A DNA stretch of 64,000 nucleotides from Candidatus Babeliales bacterium (GTDB taxonomy: Bacteria; Babelota; Babeliae; Babelales; JANWKD01), in NCBI GenBank assembly GCA_963722075.1, contig CAVRJM010000001.1, positions 1,280,001 to 1,344,000 on the forward strand, read 5' to 3'. This document shows, in pieces, positions 49,266-60,326 of the stretch (position 1 is its first letter; each line of letters starts with the position of its first letter). The position numbers and the translations under genes are program-made. The notes under the pieces were generated by a model. That model worked only from the letters and a program-made list of their open reading frames with translations. It was not told where the DNA came from and made no database searches.

Positions 49266-50717
49266 ATGAAAGCCTATTTTAAACATCTTTATTTATCATT
49301 TTTATTATTTTCTTGGTTTATTCCGTATGACCTTTTTTCCAATGTAACTGTTTACAATATCCCTAGAGAAAGCAATTTGGTTGATATTTCTGCAAATGAG
49401 AATATTCAAGATACCATAGAACTAGGTGTTAAAAGCTTTATAGAAGGTAAAAGAAATATTGGAAGAATTAGTTATTTAACGCCGCGAGAAGTTCGAGCCC
49501 TATTTTCCAATAAAGTTAAGGAGTTGTATGGTGAAAAAAAGGGTAATGAAATAATTAATAACTATTTTACTGATGATTATTTTGGTAGAAAAAGAGAAGT
49601 CGAAGAAGAAAAATCGCCGTATCAAATAGTTCAAGAAGATCCTTATTTAGCTACGCATATATATAATGCTTTAGGGTCTCCTACAAATAAACCTGGTAGG
49701 GAAGGTACTATGGAAGAGGCGCGAAAAAGATGGGGTATAGAAACTTTGCTTTTAACACCTCAAGAAGTTTTTGAGGCATTACCAGATTATGTGACAAATA
49801 GATTAAATCTTACATCGGGAACATTTGAAGAATTTAAGGAAAAATACCCAGAAAAGGCAAAAGTAATTTTTTCTAAAGATTTTTTTATCCCAAGGGATCC
49901 TGCAGCGCGTAAATCTTATTTTTTAACGCATTCATTTGGATTTTTTGATCAACAATTAGTTGCTGATATTTACATAACAGCAAAAAGAATCATGGGATTA
50001 ACTAAAAAGGGTGATTACATTATTATTTTTGGTAATACTCCCTATTTTGTAGGAAGAGCATTATCTAAATTAATTTCTTTAGACCCAAGCAATGAAAATT
50101 ATCGAGAAATTATTGAATTCCCGTTTTCAGGTTCGCCTAATAGAGTGAGGCCTTTGAGTTTTCCCACTTATAAAGATATTGTAACTTCAGAGCGATTGAA
50201 ATATTTACAAACTAGATTGAAGAAAGTTGGTTTATCACCAGAAAATAAAAATTTGCAAAAACATGGAATTTATTTTCTTGATGTAATTGCAACTGGAAGT
50301 GGTGTTGCATATACGATTGAAGAAATATTACGATCATTTATTGCTGCAGATCAGCAAATTCCAAATATTAATATTATATCATTAAATCAAATTGATATAC
50401 ATAAGGAAGAAGACCAAAGAAATGCTCAAATAGCTGAAACAGACGCATCTGATGGGGATGAACTTACGTTATTTTTTCCTAGTAAATTTAACCCTCATTT
50501 TGCAGTGGATGCATTCGTTATTTATTTGCCGCGTCATGGAATGTTAGATATTTTGCCATCAACTGAATGGCGTATTTTCCCTGAATATAATGCTGCTTTT
50601 TGGGTTCCTGAGTATGATTACTTATTACATTGGCCGCAAACTGAAGTTGCTCATATATTACTTCAATTTTTTGATGCGAACCTTGAACATATTATGAAAC
50701 AGGATACTGGCAAGTAA
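49266..50717 (+). CDS. Hypothetical exported protein with PRTase-like motif
   Basis: 483 aa, gagg RBS, signal-like N-terminus; IYFLDVIATGSGV resembles a PRPP-binding loop. Confidence 0.7.
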   Translation: MKAYFKHLYLSFLLFSWFIPYDLFSNVTVYNIPRESNLVDISANENIQDTIELGVKSFIEGKRNIGRISYLTPREVRALFSNKVKELYGEKKGNEIINNYFTDDYFGRKREVEEEKSPYQIVQEDPYLATHIYNALGSPTNKPGREGTMEEARKRWGIETLLLTPQEVFEALPDYVTNRLNLTSGTFEEFKEKYPEKAKVIFSKDFFIPRDPAARKSYFLTHSFGFFDQQLVADIYITAKRIMGLTKKGDYIIIFGNTPYFVGRALSKLISLDPSNENYREIIEFPFSGSPNRVRPLSFPTYKDIVTSERLKYLQTRLKKVGLSPENKNLQKHGIYFLDVIATGSGVAYTIEEILRSFIAADQQIPNINIISLNQIDIHKEEDQRNAQIAETDASDGDELTLFFPSKFNPHFAVDAFVIYLPRHGMLDILPSTEWRIFPEYNAAFWVPEYDYLLHWPQTEVAHILLQFFDANLEHIMKQDTGK

Positions 50718-50831
50718 TATGAGGTATCTTATTATTATTTTTGCTTTAAGTTATAATGAATACTGTCATCATAGAAAATTGCAAGGCAGTAACAGTTGAA
50801 GTGCCAAAAATTTAAAGGTTTATTTACTTAA

Positions 50832-50902
50832 TGGATTGCTTCGTAAACTCGCAATGACGTCTAGTGGGTTGTCATTAGGAGCCGGCGGGAGTAGTGATCC
50901 AG
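50832..50902. repeat. Back-to-back REP-like dimer (second copy degenerate)
   Basis: tggattgcttcgtaaactcgcaatgacg (50832-50859) and gtcattaggagccggcgggagtagtgatccag (50871-50902). Confidence 0.8.
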
Positions 50903-50929
50903 TAATTAAAGAGAAATATAATTATTCCA

Positions 50930-51703
50930 ATGTATCCAAAATTACTACATATTTACGGTCCTTTTTTTGTACAAAGCTATGGTGTATGTATAGCGTTAGG
51001 GTTAGTGCTTTATACCTGGTTACTGTTCAAGGATCCCATTCGTAAGAAACTCGTAACTGATGATCAGTTTCACACCCTGCTATTAGCAGGGGTGTTGAGC
51101 GCATTGTTGGGCGGTAGAATACTCTATTTTCTTACCGAAGAACCACTGGGATCGTTAAGAGAGTTTTTTGAAGTATGGACCGGAGGCTTTGCCGTATTAG
51201 GTTCGGTGTTGGGGGTATTGGTGGTACTTTCATATTTGTTAAAAAGCTATAAATTACCGGTGCTTCTATCTCTTGACCGGGCTGCGTTATATGGGCCATT
51301 ATTGCAAGGAATTTCGCGCATTGGCTGTTTTTTAGCCGGGTGCTGTTATGGGAAGATAACGAACGTAAGCTGGGCTATTACCTATACTGATCGTGACTGC
51401 TTGGCTCCTTTGCACGTTGGCCTACACCCGACGCAATTATATAGTGCATGTTCCTTATTTCTTATTTTTTTCCTATTAATCTATGCGCAGCGTGTATTAA
51501 AAAAAGATGGCCAATTATTCCTATTATATTTAAGCTGTATGAGCTTTGAACGGTTTTTTAATGATTTTTTACGTGCCGACCGTTCTTTTTTTGGTAATTT
51601 TATCTATTCTAATCATCAACTTATAGCATTAGCAATTGGTATCATTTCTATAACCTGCTTGGTATTTCGTTCAAGGAAAGCCGTTGGTGCCCACGGATTA
51701 TGA
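50930..51703 (+). CDS. lgt: Prolipoprotein diacylglyceryl transferase
   Basis: MYP.L, SYG, GGRILY, W.GG, RIGCFLAGCCYG, HPTQLY, RFF.DFLR. Confidence 0.93.
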   Translation: MYPKLLHIYGPFFVQSYGVCIALGLVLYTWLLFKDPIRKKLVTDDQFHTLLLAGVLSALLGGRILYFLTEEPLGSLREFFEVWTGGFAVLGSVLGVLVVLSYLLKSYKLPVLLSLDRAALYGPLLQGISRIGCFLAGCCYGKITNVSWAITYTDRDCLAPLHVGLHPTQLYSACSLFLIFFLLIYAQRVLKKDGQLFLLYLSCMSFERFFNDFLRADRSFFGNFIYSNHQLIALAIGIISITCLVFRSRKAVGAHGL

Positions 51704-53472
51704 ACACAAATATTTTTAATTATATTAAAAATAGAATTGCGATTCTTGAGATTGTTAATAATTATACGACGGTAAAAAAAACGGGCCAATATTGGAAGGG
51801 TGCCTGCCCATTTCATAGTGAAAAGACGCCTTCATTTACGGTAAGCCCTGATAAAAATATCTTTTATTGTTTTGGTTGCCACAGTGGTGGAGACGTTATT
51901 ACCTTTATTGCCAAAGTTGAAAATATTACTCCTTTACAAGCAGTACATCATTTAGCCGAGCAATATTCTATTGATATACCACAGCAATTAGATGCTTATA
52001 AAGATCAAACCAACCTAGAACAAAAAAAACATTATTGGCATGTATGCCAGCTGGTGGCTCAATGGTGCCATGAAAATCTGCTTAAATCGACCCCAGCCAT
52101 GCACTATCTTAAAGAGCGGGGATTAAGCAAGGATTCATTATCGTTATTCATGCTGGGGTACTTCCCCAAAGGAATGCGGGAGCTTAAAGGACTTTTGGAA
52201 TTTATTAAACCATACCATTATCTTGCACAAGATCTTATAGAAGCGGGTATCTTGAGTGAAGGCAAAACGCAGCTCTATTCTCCTTTTGAGGATCGCATCA
52301 TGTTTCCCATCAAGGATTATCTAGGAAGATTTTGTGGTTTTGGGGCGCGAATTTTTAATGCAACTGATGAGCGCTCGAAATATTATAATTCAAAAGAAAA
52401 TAGCTATTTTTTAAAAGGGTCACTTATTTTTGGCTTTGATTCAGCAAAACAAGCTATTCAAAAGGCTGATGCGGCTTTTTTGGTTGAAGGCTACATGGAT
52501 TGCATTGCTATGGTGCAGCATGGATTTACTAATACGGTGGCAACCCTGGGTACAGCCTGTACGCTTGAGCATTTAAAACTTATGGCGCGGTACACCTCAA
52601 CGGTCTACGTGGTCTATGATAGTGATTTGGCAGGGCAAAATGCCATTTTACGGTTGGTTGAATTGTGTTGGCAGGTGAATCTGGAATTAAAGGTGATACA
52701 ATTGCCGCGGCATGAAGATCCTGCTTCTTATTTACAAAAGAACCTGGATTTTACTCAATTACTGAAGGATGCGCAGAATATTTTTACCTATTATATTCAG
52801 CACATGGGTGCAGATTTTGAAGGAAAACCACTTAATGAAAAGGTACGCCTAACCCGGCATTTATTAAAGATAATTCTTCAGGTTGCTGAGCCGCTCAAAC
52901 AGGATTTCTTATTGCAAATGGCCGCTAAATCCTACCAAATACCCTTTGATACCCTGAAAAAAGAGCTTCTAAAGAGCGGTGAACGGGCGTCAGATAAGCC
53001 CGAAACAGCCGCAACAAGCTCAGTGGCTACGGCTTTGCCGGAATCTTTATCCTTGAAAACAAATTCAGAATTGGAAAAAAAATTATTTTCTGTTATAATA
53101 AATAACGTGGGGATCCTTCAGGAAGAGGATTGGCATTTTATTGATTACTTTAATGGCCCATTGCAGGATATTTTAAAGAATATAAAACTTATAAAAAGTG
53201 AAAATCCGTCCCATGACTTTATCAATTTTTTTGAATTGCTGAGTTCGGAGCAAAAAAGTGTGGTGAGTAAATTATTAGTAGAATTTCAAGAATATACTCA
53301 TGAAAAGAACTTTGCACACCTATTTACGCAATTTCAAAAACAACACTGGAAATCATTGATGGCGGTTTTTAAAATAAAGCTTGCTAAGGCTGAGCAAGAA
53401 GGAAATAAAAATTTAACACAAAAACTGCTGCACGATCTGCAAAAAGTTAAAAATAAATTTAAAAATATCTAA
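51700..53472 (+). CDS. dnaG: DNA primase
   Basis: CPFHSEKTPSF...YCFGC zinc finger, RIMFPI, KYYNS, VEGYMD, YDSDLAG. Confidence 0.97.
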   Translation: MNTNIFNYIKNRIAILEIVNNYTTVKKTGQYWKGACPFHSEKTPSFTVSPDKNIFYCFGCHSGGDVITFIAKVENITPLQAVHHLAEQYSIDIPQQLDAYKDQTNLEQKKHYWHVCQLVAQWCHENLLKSTPAMHYLKERGLSKDSLSLFMLGYFPKGMRELKGLLEFIKPYHYLAQDLIEAGILSEGKTQLYSPFEDRIMFPIKDYLGRFCGFGARIFNATDERSKYYNSKENSYFLKGSLIFGFDSAKQAIQKADAAFLVEGYMDCIAMVQHGFTNTVATLGTACTLEHLKLMARYTSTVYVVYDSDLAGQNAILRLVELCWQVNLELKVIQLPRHEDPASYLQKNLDFTQLLKDAQNIFTYYIQHMGADFEGKPLNEKVRLTRHLLKIILQVAEPLKQDFLLQMAAKSYQIPFDTLKKELLKSGERASDKPETAATSSVATALPESLSLKTNSELEKKLFSVIINNVGILQEEDWHFIDYFNGPLQDILKNIKLIKSENPSHDFINFFELLSSEQKSVVSKLLVEFQEYTHEKNFAHLFTQFQKQHWKSLMAVFKIKLAKAEQEGNKNLTQKLLHDLQKVKNKFKNI

Positions 53473-53481
53473 AGGAATAGA

Positions 53482-55469
53482 ATGATTAAAAAAGTAATAA
53501 AGAAAAATGAAAGTCACGGTGCTAAAGGTCCTAAAAAGAGTAAAAATCTGATTGAAGAAGAGGCACCTAAAAAAGGTCAAAAAGCGGTATTAAAAGAAGT
53601 TCCGGGTGATGAAGAATCATTTGATCCTACCGCACGCTTAGAAATTAAAAAAGGATTGATTGAGCCTTTATTAGTTAAAGGGAAAAAGCTTGGTTATTTA
53701 ACGTATGAAGAAATTATGGAATTTAGCCATAAGCATCACTTATCTGACCAAGATACCAATTCAATCATGCGTCTTTTTGATAAAGAAAACATTGATTTAT
53801 TAATGCAAGAAGAGCTGGATACTAATTCACCTGATATACATGATTATGAAAAAGATGATGAGCCGCTTAAAAGCAAAAATTTAAAAGAAAAATTTGAAAA
53901 TTCATTAGATATTGATTCTGATGAAGATTTGATTGAGGATGAAGAAGATACAGAAGCGGAAGATGAAGAGCGCCTTGCCGCTATTAAAGAAGCGGTATCT
54001 TCAACGCAAATAGCCGATGGGGTAAAATGCTACTTACGTGATATCGGTAAAATTCCTCTCTTAAATAAGAAAACTGAAACGGTTATTGCTGAGCAGATCG
54101 CTAGTGGTAAAAAAGGATCTATTGAAGCAATTTCAAAATTTCCTTTTATTCATAAAGAATTCGTTTCTATTGGTGAGCGTTTACAAAAAGATTCTATTGC
54201 ACTTAAAGATGTGATTCAATTTTCTGAATTCGATCAAGAAAACTTACCAAAGGTGCAAGAAGAAAAAGATGCCTTACTGGCAACGATAAAAACAATTGCT
54301 GATTTGATTGATAATGAAGAAAAAATATATCGATCATATCGAGGAAAATTGGATACCGATGCTAAAAAGAAAGAGATGCTTGATAAGGTTAAGCAAAATA
54401 AAGAAAAAATTGCACAGACTATTCAATCAATTAAGGTCGCCAATAAACTTATTCGTAAATTAGGTAACCGTATCGAAAAAGCGGTAACTAAAATTAACGA
54501 AAAGAATCATGACATTGATCTGAGCAAAGAGAAAGTTAGTCTCTTACAGCGAAAAAAAGCAGCGCCAGAAATTCAAGCAGAGATAGAAGAACTTGAGCGT
54601 TCAATTCGTTCCTCTCAAAAGATTATTAAAAAATATGAAGGAGAGATGGGATTAAACCAAGATCTTGTTATTAAATATTATACGCAGCTTAAAATAAGTC
54701 AGGTAAAAGATAAACGTGCTAAAGATGATCTTGCTAAAGCAAACTTACGCTTAGTGGTAAATATTGCAAAAAAATATATAAACCGCGGACTCCATTTCCT
54801 TGATCTTATTCAAGAAGGTAATATTGGTTTAATGAAAGCGGTGGAAAAATTTGAGTTTGAACGAGGCTATAAGTTTTCTACATATGCCACTTGGTGGATT
54901 CGTCAAGCAATTACCCGTGCTATAGCAGATCAATCACGTACGATTCGTGTTCCAGTCCATATGGTGGAAACCTTAAATAAGATTAACAAAATTAAAAGAA
55001 TCTTTGTGCAAGAGCATGGCCGTGAACCAACGCATGCCGAGCTTGCTAAAGAATTAAATATTGATGAAAAGAAAATCAAAAATATTATTAAGATCTCTAA
55101 AGAGCCTATTTCACTTGAAACCCCAGTAGGTGATAGTGAAGATGCCTTTATTAAAGACTTTATTGAAAACGAAGATGAATTTTCACCCGCTGATACCGTA
55201 GCAGTAATGATCTTAAAGAACGTGTGCGAGAAGTGCTTAAAACATTAACACCGCGTGAAGAGAAGGTACTTAAAATGCGTTTTGGTATTGACGTAGCGTC
55301 AGAGCATACACTTGAAGAAGTGGGTAAAGATTTCTCAGTAACGCGAGAACGTATTCGTCAAATTGAAGTTAAAGCATTACGTAAATTACGTCATCCATCA
55401 CGAAGCAAAAAATTAGAATCGTTTTTTGATAAAGAATTTGATAGCATTTCAAATGATTCTATTGAATGA
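53482..55469 (+). CDS. rpoD: RNA polymerase primary sigma factor, with an apparent 1-nt deletion near 55203
   Basis: [42 protein letters not shown]. Region 4 ([20 protein letters not shown]) is in the -1 frame; adding one base at gta gca(a)gt aat restores [16 protein letters not shown]. Confidence 0.95.
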
Positions 55470-55501
55470 CGCATTTATTGAAAAAAAGGTAAAAAAGAAC
55501 A

Positions 55502-56809
55502 ATGGAACCTGATCATTTTTGGGGATTATTATATAGTGAAATTGCTGGGTTTATTATTGCAATAATAAGTTGCGCTTTATTCTCTTTTTTAGAAACAACC
55601 GTAACGGCGTTGCGGCTTTTTAAATTAAAAGAATTAGCTACTTCTGCCAAACGATACAAAACCTTATTAGAGACGCTCGAAAATAATCCTCATCAGGTTT
55701 TGATTACTATCTTAATTGCTAATAGTTTAGCAAATGTTACCGCGGCAGCTTTAATTACCACTATTACTGAGCAGATTTTTTCGCGTTTACATCTTTCTTC
55801 TGGGTTAGGATTTTCGGTGGGTATTGGATTTGGCACCTTTGCAATATTACTGTTTGGCGAAGTTATTCCTAAAAACTTTGCAAAGCTGCATGGTGAAAAG
55901 CTATTTAAATCGGCCTTATGGATTACTAATATTACTTTTTACATACTGTATCCATTTGTAAAATTCTTAATTGCACTTTCAGATTTTTTTGTATCATATG
56001 TAGGTGGCAGAGCCGAATCAACCGAGCTTGTTACTTCTGAGCGTGAGATTCGATTTTTGATTGATTATATTAATAAAAAAGGGCTTATCGAAACAGAAAA
56101 AACAGAAATGCTCCAAAGTATCTTTAATTTTGGCAGTAAGCCCGTTAAAGAAATTATGGTTCCTATGATTGATATTATTATGGTCAGTTCAAAAGAATCA
56201 TTAAAGGAAGCGCTTACTACCTTTTCTACCTATCAATTTTCTCGTATGCCTGTTTATGAAGATAACCCCGATAACGTTATTGGGTTAATTTATCAAAAGG
56301 ATATTTTTACGCTTCTTTCAAAGGGAGAAGATAAACCGCTCATTGACCTGGTGCGGCCTATTATTTTTGTACCAGAGAATATGAAAATTAATCAGCTATT
56401 ACGTCAATTTAAGGTAGAACGTATGCATATGGCTATGGTTATTAATGAATATGGCAACAGTACCGGATTAGTTACCCTTGAAGATATTCTTGAAGAAATT
56501 GTGGGTGAGATTAATGATGAATATGAAGAAATTACTGAAAAAATAGTTTCATTAAAAGAAGGCGGTTGGCTTGTTGATGCTACCGTCGATTTAGAGACGC
56601 TTAGTAATCTGCTGGGCATTAATTTTGAAGTTGAAGATGCCTTTACCTTAGCAGGTTTTTTAATGGAGCAGATGCAGCATTTGCCTAAAAAGGATGAACG
56701 GATTTTATACCATCACTATTATTTCCACGTACAAAAAGCCAGCCATAAGCGCGTAATTCAGGTATGGATTTATAAAGAGAATAGTGCTGATAAGAATGCC
56801 ATTATATAA
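55502..56809 (+). CDS. HlyC/CorC (CNNM) family protein: DUF21 + CBS pair + CorC domain
   Basis: FSFLET, TILIAN, FGEVIPKNFA, EIMVP, FSRMPVY, GLVTLEDILEEIVGEI.DE. Confidence 0.93.
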   Translation: MEPDHFWGLLYSEIAGFIIAIISCALFSFLETTVTALRLFKLKELATSAKRYKTLLETLENNPHQVLITILIANSLANVTAAALITTITEQIFSRLHLSSGLGFSVGIGFGTFAILLFGEVIPKNFAKLHGEKLFKSALWITNITFYILYPFVKFLIALSDFFVSYVGGRAESTELVTSEREIRFLIDYINKKGLIETEKTEMLQSIFNFGSKPVKEIMVPMIDIIMVSSKESLKEALTTFSTYQFSRMPVYEDNPDNVIGLIYQKDIFTLLSKGEDKPLIDLVRPIIFVPENMKINQLLRQFKVERMHMAMVINEYGNSTGLVTLEDILEEIVGEINDEYEEITEKIVSLKEGGWLVDATVDLETLSNLLGINFEVEDAFTLAGFLMEQMQHLPKKDERILYHHYYFHVQKASHKRVIQVWIYKENSADKNAII

Positions 56810-56821
56810 TAAGATCGTATT

Positions 56822-57100
56822 ATGAAAAATGTGTCTGTTGGGATAAGCGATTTTAAGAAACTTATCACTGGAAATTATTATTATGTCGATAAGACACTGT
56901 TAATTAGAGAGCTATTTGAAAGCCCTGGAATAGTACAATTAATTCCCCGTCCGCGTCGGTTTGGCAAGACGCTTAACCTTTCCATGTTAAAATATTTTTT
57001 TGAAAAAACCGAAATTGATAATAGTGGCCTTTTTACGAACACCAAGATTTGGCATGATGAGCAATATAGAAAACTGCAAGGAAAATATTCGGTAATCCTT
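56822..57100 (+). pseudogene. N-terminal fragment of an AAA-ATPase-like/PD-(D/E)XK family protein
   Basis: GISDFKKL....YYYVDKT, PRPRRFGKTLNLSMLKYFF, GKYSVI. Family resemblance stops near residue 93, far short of full-length members. Confidence 0.8.
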
Positions 57101-57483
57101 TATTGGCCGCTGTTAAATAAACTTCTTTTGCATAGTCTTGTGATTGGAAATAATTTTGTTGTTTTGCTTCTGGAAAATATTTTTTATAGAAATCTATGTA
57201 GAGGTCCAATCCTTTTTGGAGCAAATTTATAAATATGGGGTTTGTCAGTTTTTGGTAGTTTGCTTAAAACTTCTGCATAATGGGCATTTACTAATGCAAT
57301 TTGCCGAATACAATCATGTGCTTCAACCGCTTTTTTAAATTCTTCTTGATACAGTTCTTCATTATTTTTAAGTTCTCGTCTCAGTGCAAAATGTTCTTCC
57401 ATAGGATTGCTGCTGGTAATAGGCGTGGATGTGGATTCACAGTCTTGCATGCAATAAGGAGATACAGAAAATAAGATACTCAT
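57033..57483 (-). pseudogene. Hypothetical protein split by a frameshift near 57225
   Basis: ORFs 57184-57483 and 57033-57224 join (KPHIY-x-LLQKGLDLY) if one base is removed from tataaattt. Confidence 0.45.
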
Positions 57484-57560
57484 TAGTTATAAAGGAAAAA
57501 GGCGTTATTTACAATGCTTTATGTAAAAGTTTGCTGTTTTTTTAAAGAATAAATTTGTAT

Positions 57561-60311
57561 TTATAGAATATTTTGTAACCAAGAATAATGTGGTTGCTTT
57601 TTTAATTTATCCAATTCTTGTTGATGTTCTAGAGATAATTGAGCGCCATATTTTTTTAATATTCTAATAACTTTTCTAACTTGCCTTCGTTCCAAGTAAA
57701 ATTCCATATCCCATCCTTCGTGCATATATTGAATTAGCTCTCGATATTTATTAAGTAATAGTTCTGATTGCAAATTTGAAGAAATGCCATATGAACACAA
57801 TAATTTAATCTTTTTTAAACCATCAGCATCATCGCCAAACGTAAATACTCTTTTTACAAATTCTTCGTCTTGATTATAGCCGGCATCTAAAAATAATTTA
57901 AAAATTTCTTCTTGAGTGTATGATGATAAATTTAGATTAAAATTATCCGCTGATGGCTTGAAATTAAGCACTTCTTTTAAAAAAAGATTAATTTTTGATA
58001 AAGCAGCTTGCGGATTATGATCATGTTTGCTCCATGAAGCCTCAAGCAAAAGTCTATCTATAATTCTATAAGATTGAGCACCCATATTCAGTAATTCTAT
58101 AAATTCAGATAGTTTGTTTTTGTAAAGTGTGTATTCCAATAGATTATATGCAGTCACGGATCCAGGGATATTAGAATTAACGGATTTAGAAAGCTCATCC
58201 GCGATTGTTGTGTTTAAATAATCGCTATTTTCTGCGTTATAGTTAAAAATTCTTTTCAGGGATTCTTTTTGTTCTTGATGGGATATTTGTAACTGCGAAT
58301 GCCGTTTTAACGGTAATAAGTTTTTAAAAATAAGAGCATCAATTAAGTGATTTTCTCCATATTTAAACCTACGAAGTAACGATTTAACCTCGTTAGTATC
58401 TAGAATGATGTCCAATTGTTCTTGTTGAGGTAAATAATAAATAAGCCCATCAATGAATATTTTTTCTTCCCCAGAAAGGTCCTGCCTAAAAATTTTTTTT
58501 AGTAAAGGGATATGATTTTTTAAATACTCCTCAAATCGCTTATCTTTTAAATGAATTTTATAACGAATAATTGCCTTAATGACTGACTCGATAAAATGTT
58601 CATCATTAGGAAGACTTTGCATTAAACTGAATGCTAAATCAAAAAAAGCAGGAGAATGCTTATAATAAAATATCTCATTAATAACCAATAGTGCTTGATT
58701 GGGATCATGTAATGGTTGGCTAATAAAGTAATGATACAAAACTTCGTCAGATGAAGTTTGGCACCGCTCACGTGGATTCAATGCAGTAAGGCAACTTAAA
58801 TTTTGTTTTGTTAACGGATTAAGTTCATAATCTTTTGCATTAAGAAAGGTCAAACAATAAGGAGAGCCATATTTTGAATCTTTTTTTCTTAAATCTTTTA
58901 TAAACGTATGCCCGGGAACGATAGTTAATAGCAATTTATCAGACTGATTCTTTTCAGTTATGGTAATAGTAATGGTATTATGTTTAGCTTCAATATCATT
59001 AACTGGTTGGAATGTTATTTTCCTGCGATGATCAGAAAGAGCTTCACCTAATTCTTGGAAGGTGGTCACCTTTATATTCAACAAGTAATTAAACAGATTG
59101 ATGACATTAATCGCTGATGAACGAATTTCATAATTACCGCGAACATATTCTATAGTTGGACTATCTGAAACGGTATTCATCCATGCTTGGCCGGCACCAC
59201 GTACCAAGGTGCTATCTTTTTGATTATTAACTGAGTCAAAAGAGCAATAATCAATATAAAATTGAATTAATTCTTGACGTGGGCTGATTGTATCGGGGAG
59301 CATTGAAAGGTCAAACGAACTATCCTTATGGTTTACTAATAAACGGTTAAAAATACTCCGCATTGAAGTTTCAAAACAATCCGGTGCTCTGTTTTGTGAA
59401 TCGCCATATGCATAAGCACTTTGAATTACTTGAGGAGGATATACATTTGCATATTGTTCTTTAATAGTAGTAATGATTGTTTGCTCATAATGATCAGTAG
59501 CAAATCCTATAGGATTTGTTTGACTATAATTTTGTTTAAAGTTTTCTAAAAATTCAGCGTATTTTTGTTCTGTTTCATTGGAATAATGGTCAGCTATTAA
59601 TTGTTGCGCATTATTTGATTCTTTAAAAACGGGTAGATGGTTATGAAGTGACTCTAAATATTGTACCGGCTCTTCTTTTTTATTGGCTTTAAGATGTAAA
59701 AAGCCTAACAGTGATGATTGCGTACTATGTGGTAATAAGTGCTTTTTATGTTTGCTTTCCTGGGCAGCTTTTTGTATGGTATCAAGAACGGCGTTAATTT
59801 TAGCTAAACTAGCTCTATCAGCAACTCTATTATGCTCATCTTTCCATTGCTGGGCAATGTTATCTTTCGTTTTATCAAAAGTATTATTCTGTAAGCTTCC
59901 TATAATGGTCCCTACTAGGCGCGGGTTTAATGAGTAACAAGGGTTACTTTTATTTTGAGTTGGCCTAAATTGATCATCGCGCAAGTGGAATAATCCTGTT
60001 TTTTCATCTGATACCAATTTTGTTAATGCATCTTGCTCGCTGCCATACTGATATAATCGTTTTAACCATCCACTTTCAGCGAGCGCTGCACCATGAATAG
60101 GGGAAAAAGGCTTTGCTTCATCAGTAAGCCCATTATAAAGATGCTTTAAGTGATCATGATGGAGTGAGCGGGTTCTGGAAAATGAAAAAGGAGAAAAGGC
60201 ATTAAATAAATTTGAAATAGTTTTTCGAGAACGGGCAGTGATACGACTCATAGCCCAGGCTGCAGGGCTAGTGGATAGTAATAACACTATTAAAAATTTA
60301 TAAAAAGACAT
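57561..60311 (-). CDS. Large exported protein: signal peptide + presequence-like segment, possible Cys-His domain, degenerate ankyrin-like C-terminus
   Basis: aggagg RBS; AAWA|MSRITARSRK; PDCFET and PGHTF; repeated LLxxGA/GY/GI motifs. Confidence 0.8.
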   Translation of the reverse strand: MSFYKFLIVLLLSTSPAAWAMSRITARSRKTISNLFNAFSPFSFSRTRSLHHDHLKHLYNGLTDEAKPFSPIHGAALAESGWLKRLYQYGSEQDALTKLVSDEKTGLFHLRDDQFRPTQNKSNPCYSLNPRLVGTIIGSLQNNTFDKTKDNIAQQWKDEHNRVADRASLAKINAVLDTIQKAAQESKHKKHLLPHSTQSSLLGFLHLKANKKEEPVQYLESLHNHLPVFKESNNAQQLIADHYSNETEQKYAEFLENFKQNYSQTNPIGFATDHYEQTIITTIKEQYANVYPPQVIQSAYAYGDSQNRAPDCFETSMRSIFNRLLVNHKDSSFDLSMLPDTISPRQELIQFYIDYCSFDSVNNQKDSTLVRGAGQAWMNTVSDSPTIEYVRGNYEIRSSAINVINLFNYLLNIKVTTFQELGEALSDHRRKITFQPVNDIEAKHNTITITITEKNQSDKLLLTIVPGHTFIKDLRKKDSKYGSPYCLTFLNAKDYELNPLTKQNLSCLTALNPRERCQTSSDEVLYHYFISQPLHDPNQALLVINEIFYYKHSPAFFDLAFSLMQSLPNDEHFIESVIKAIIRYKIHLKDKRFEEYLKNHIPLLKKIFRQDLSGEEKIFIDGLIYYLPQQEQLDIILDTNEVKSLLRRFKYGENHLIDALIFKNLLPLKRHSQLQISHQEQKESLKRIFNYNAENSDYLNTTIADELSKSVNSNIPGSVTAYNLLEYTLYKNKLSEFIELLNMGAQSYRIIDRLLLEASWSKHDHNPQAALSKINLFLKEVLNFKPSADNFNLNLSSYTQEEIFKLFLDAGYNQDEEFVKRVFTFGDDADGLKKIKLLCSYGISSNLQSELLLNKYRELIQYMHEGWDMEFYLERRQVRKVIRILKKYGAQLSLEHQQELDKLKKQPHYSWLQNIL

Positions 60312-60326
60312 ACAACCTCCTAATTT

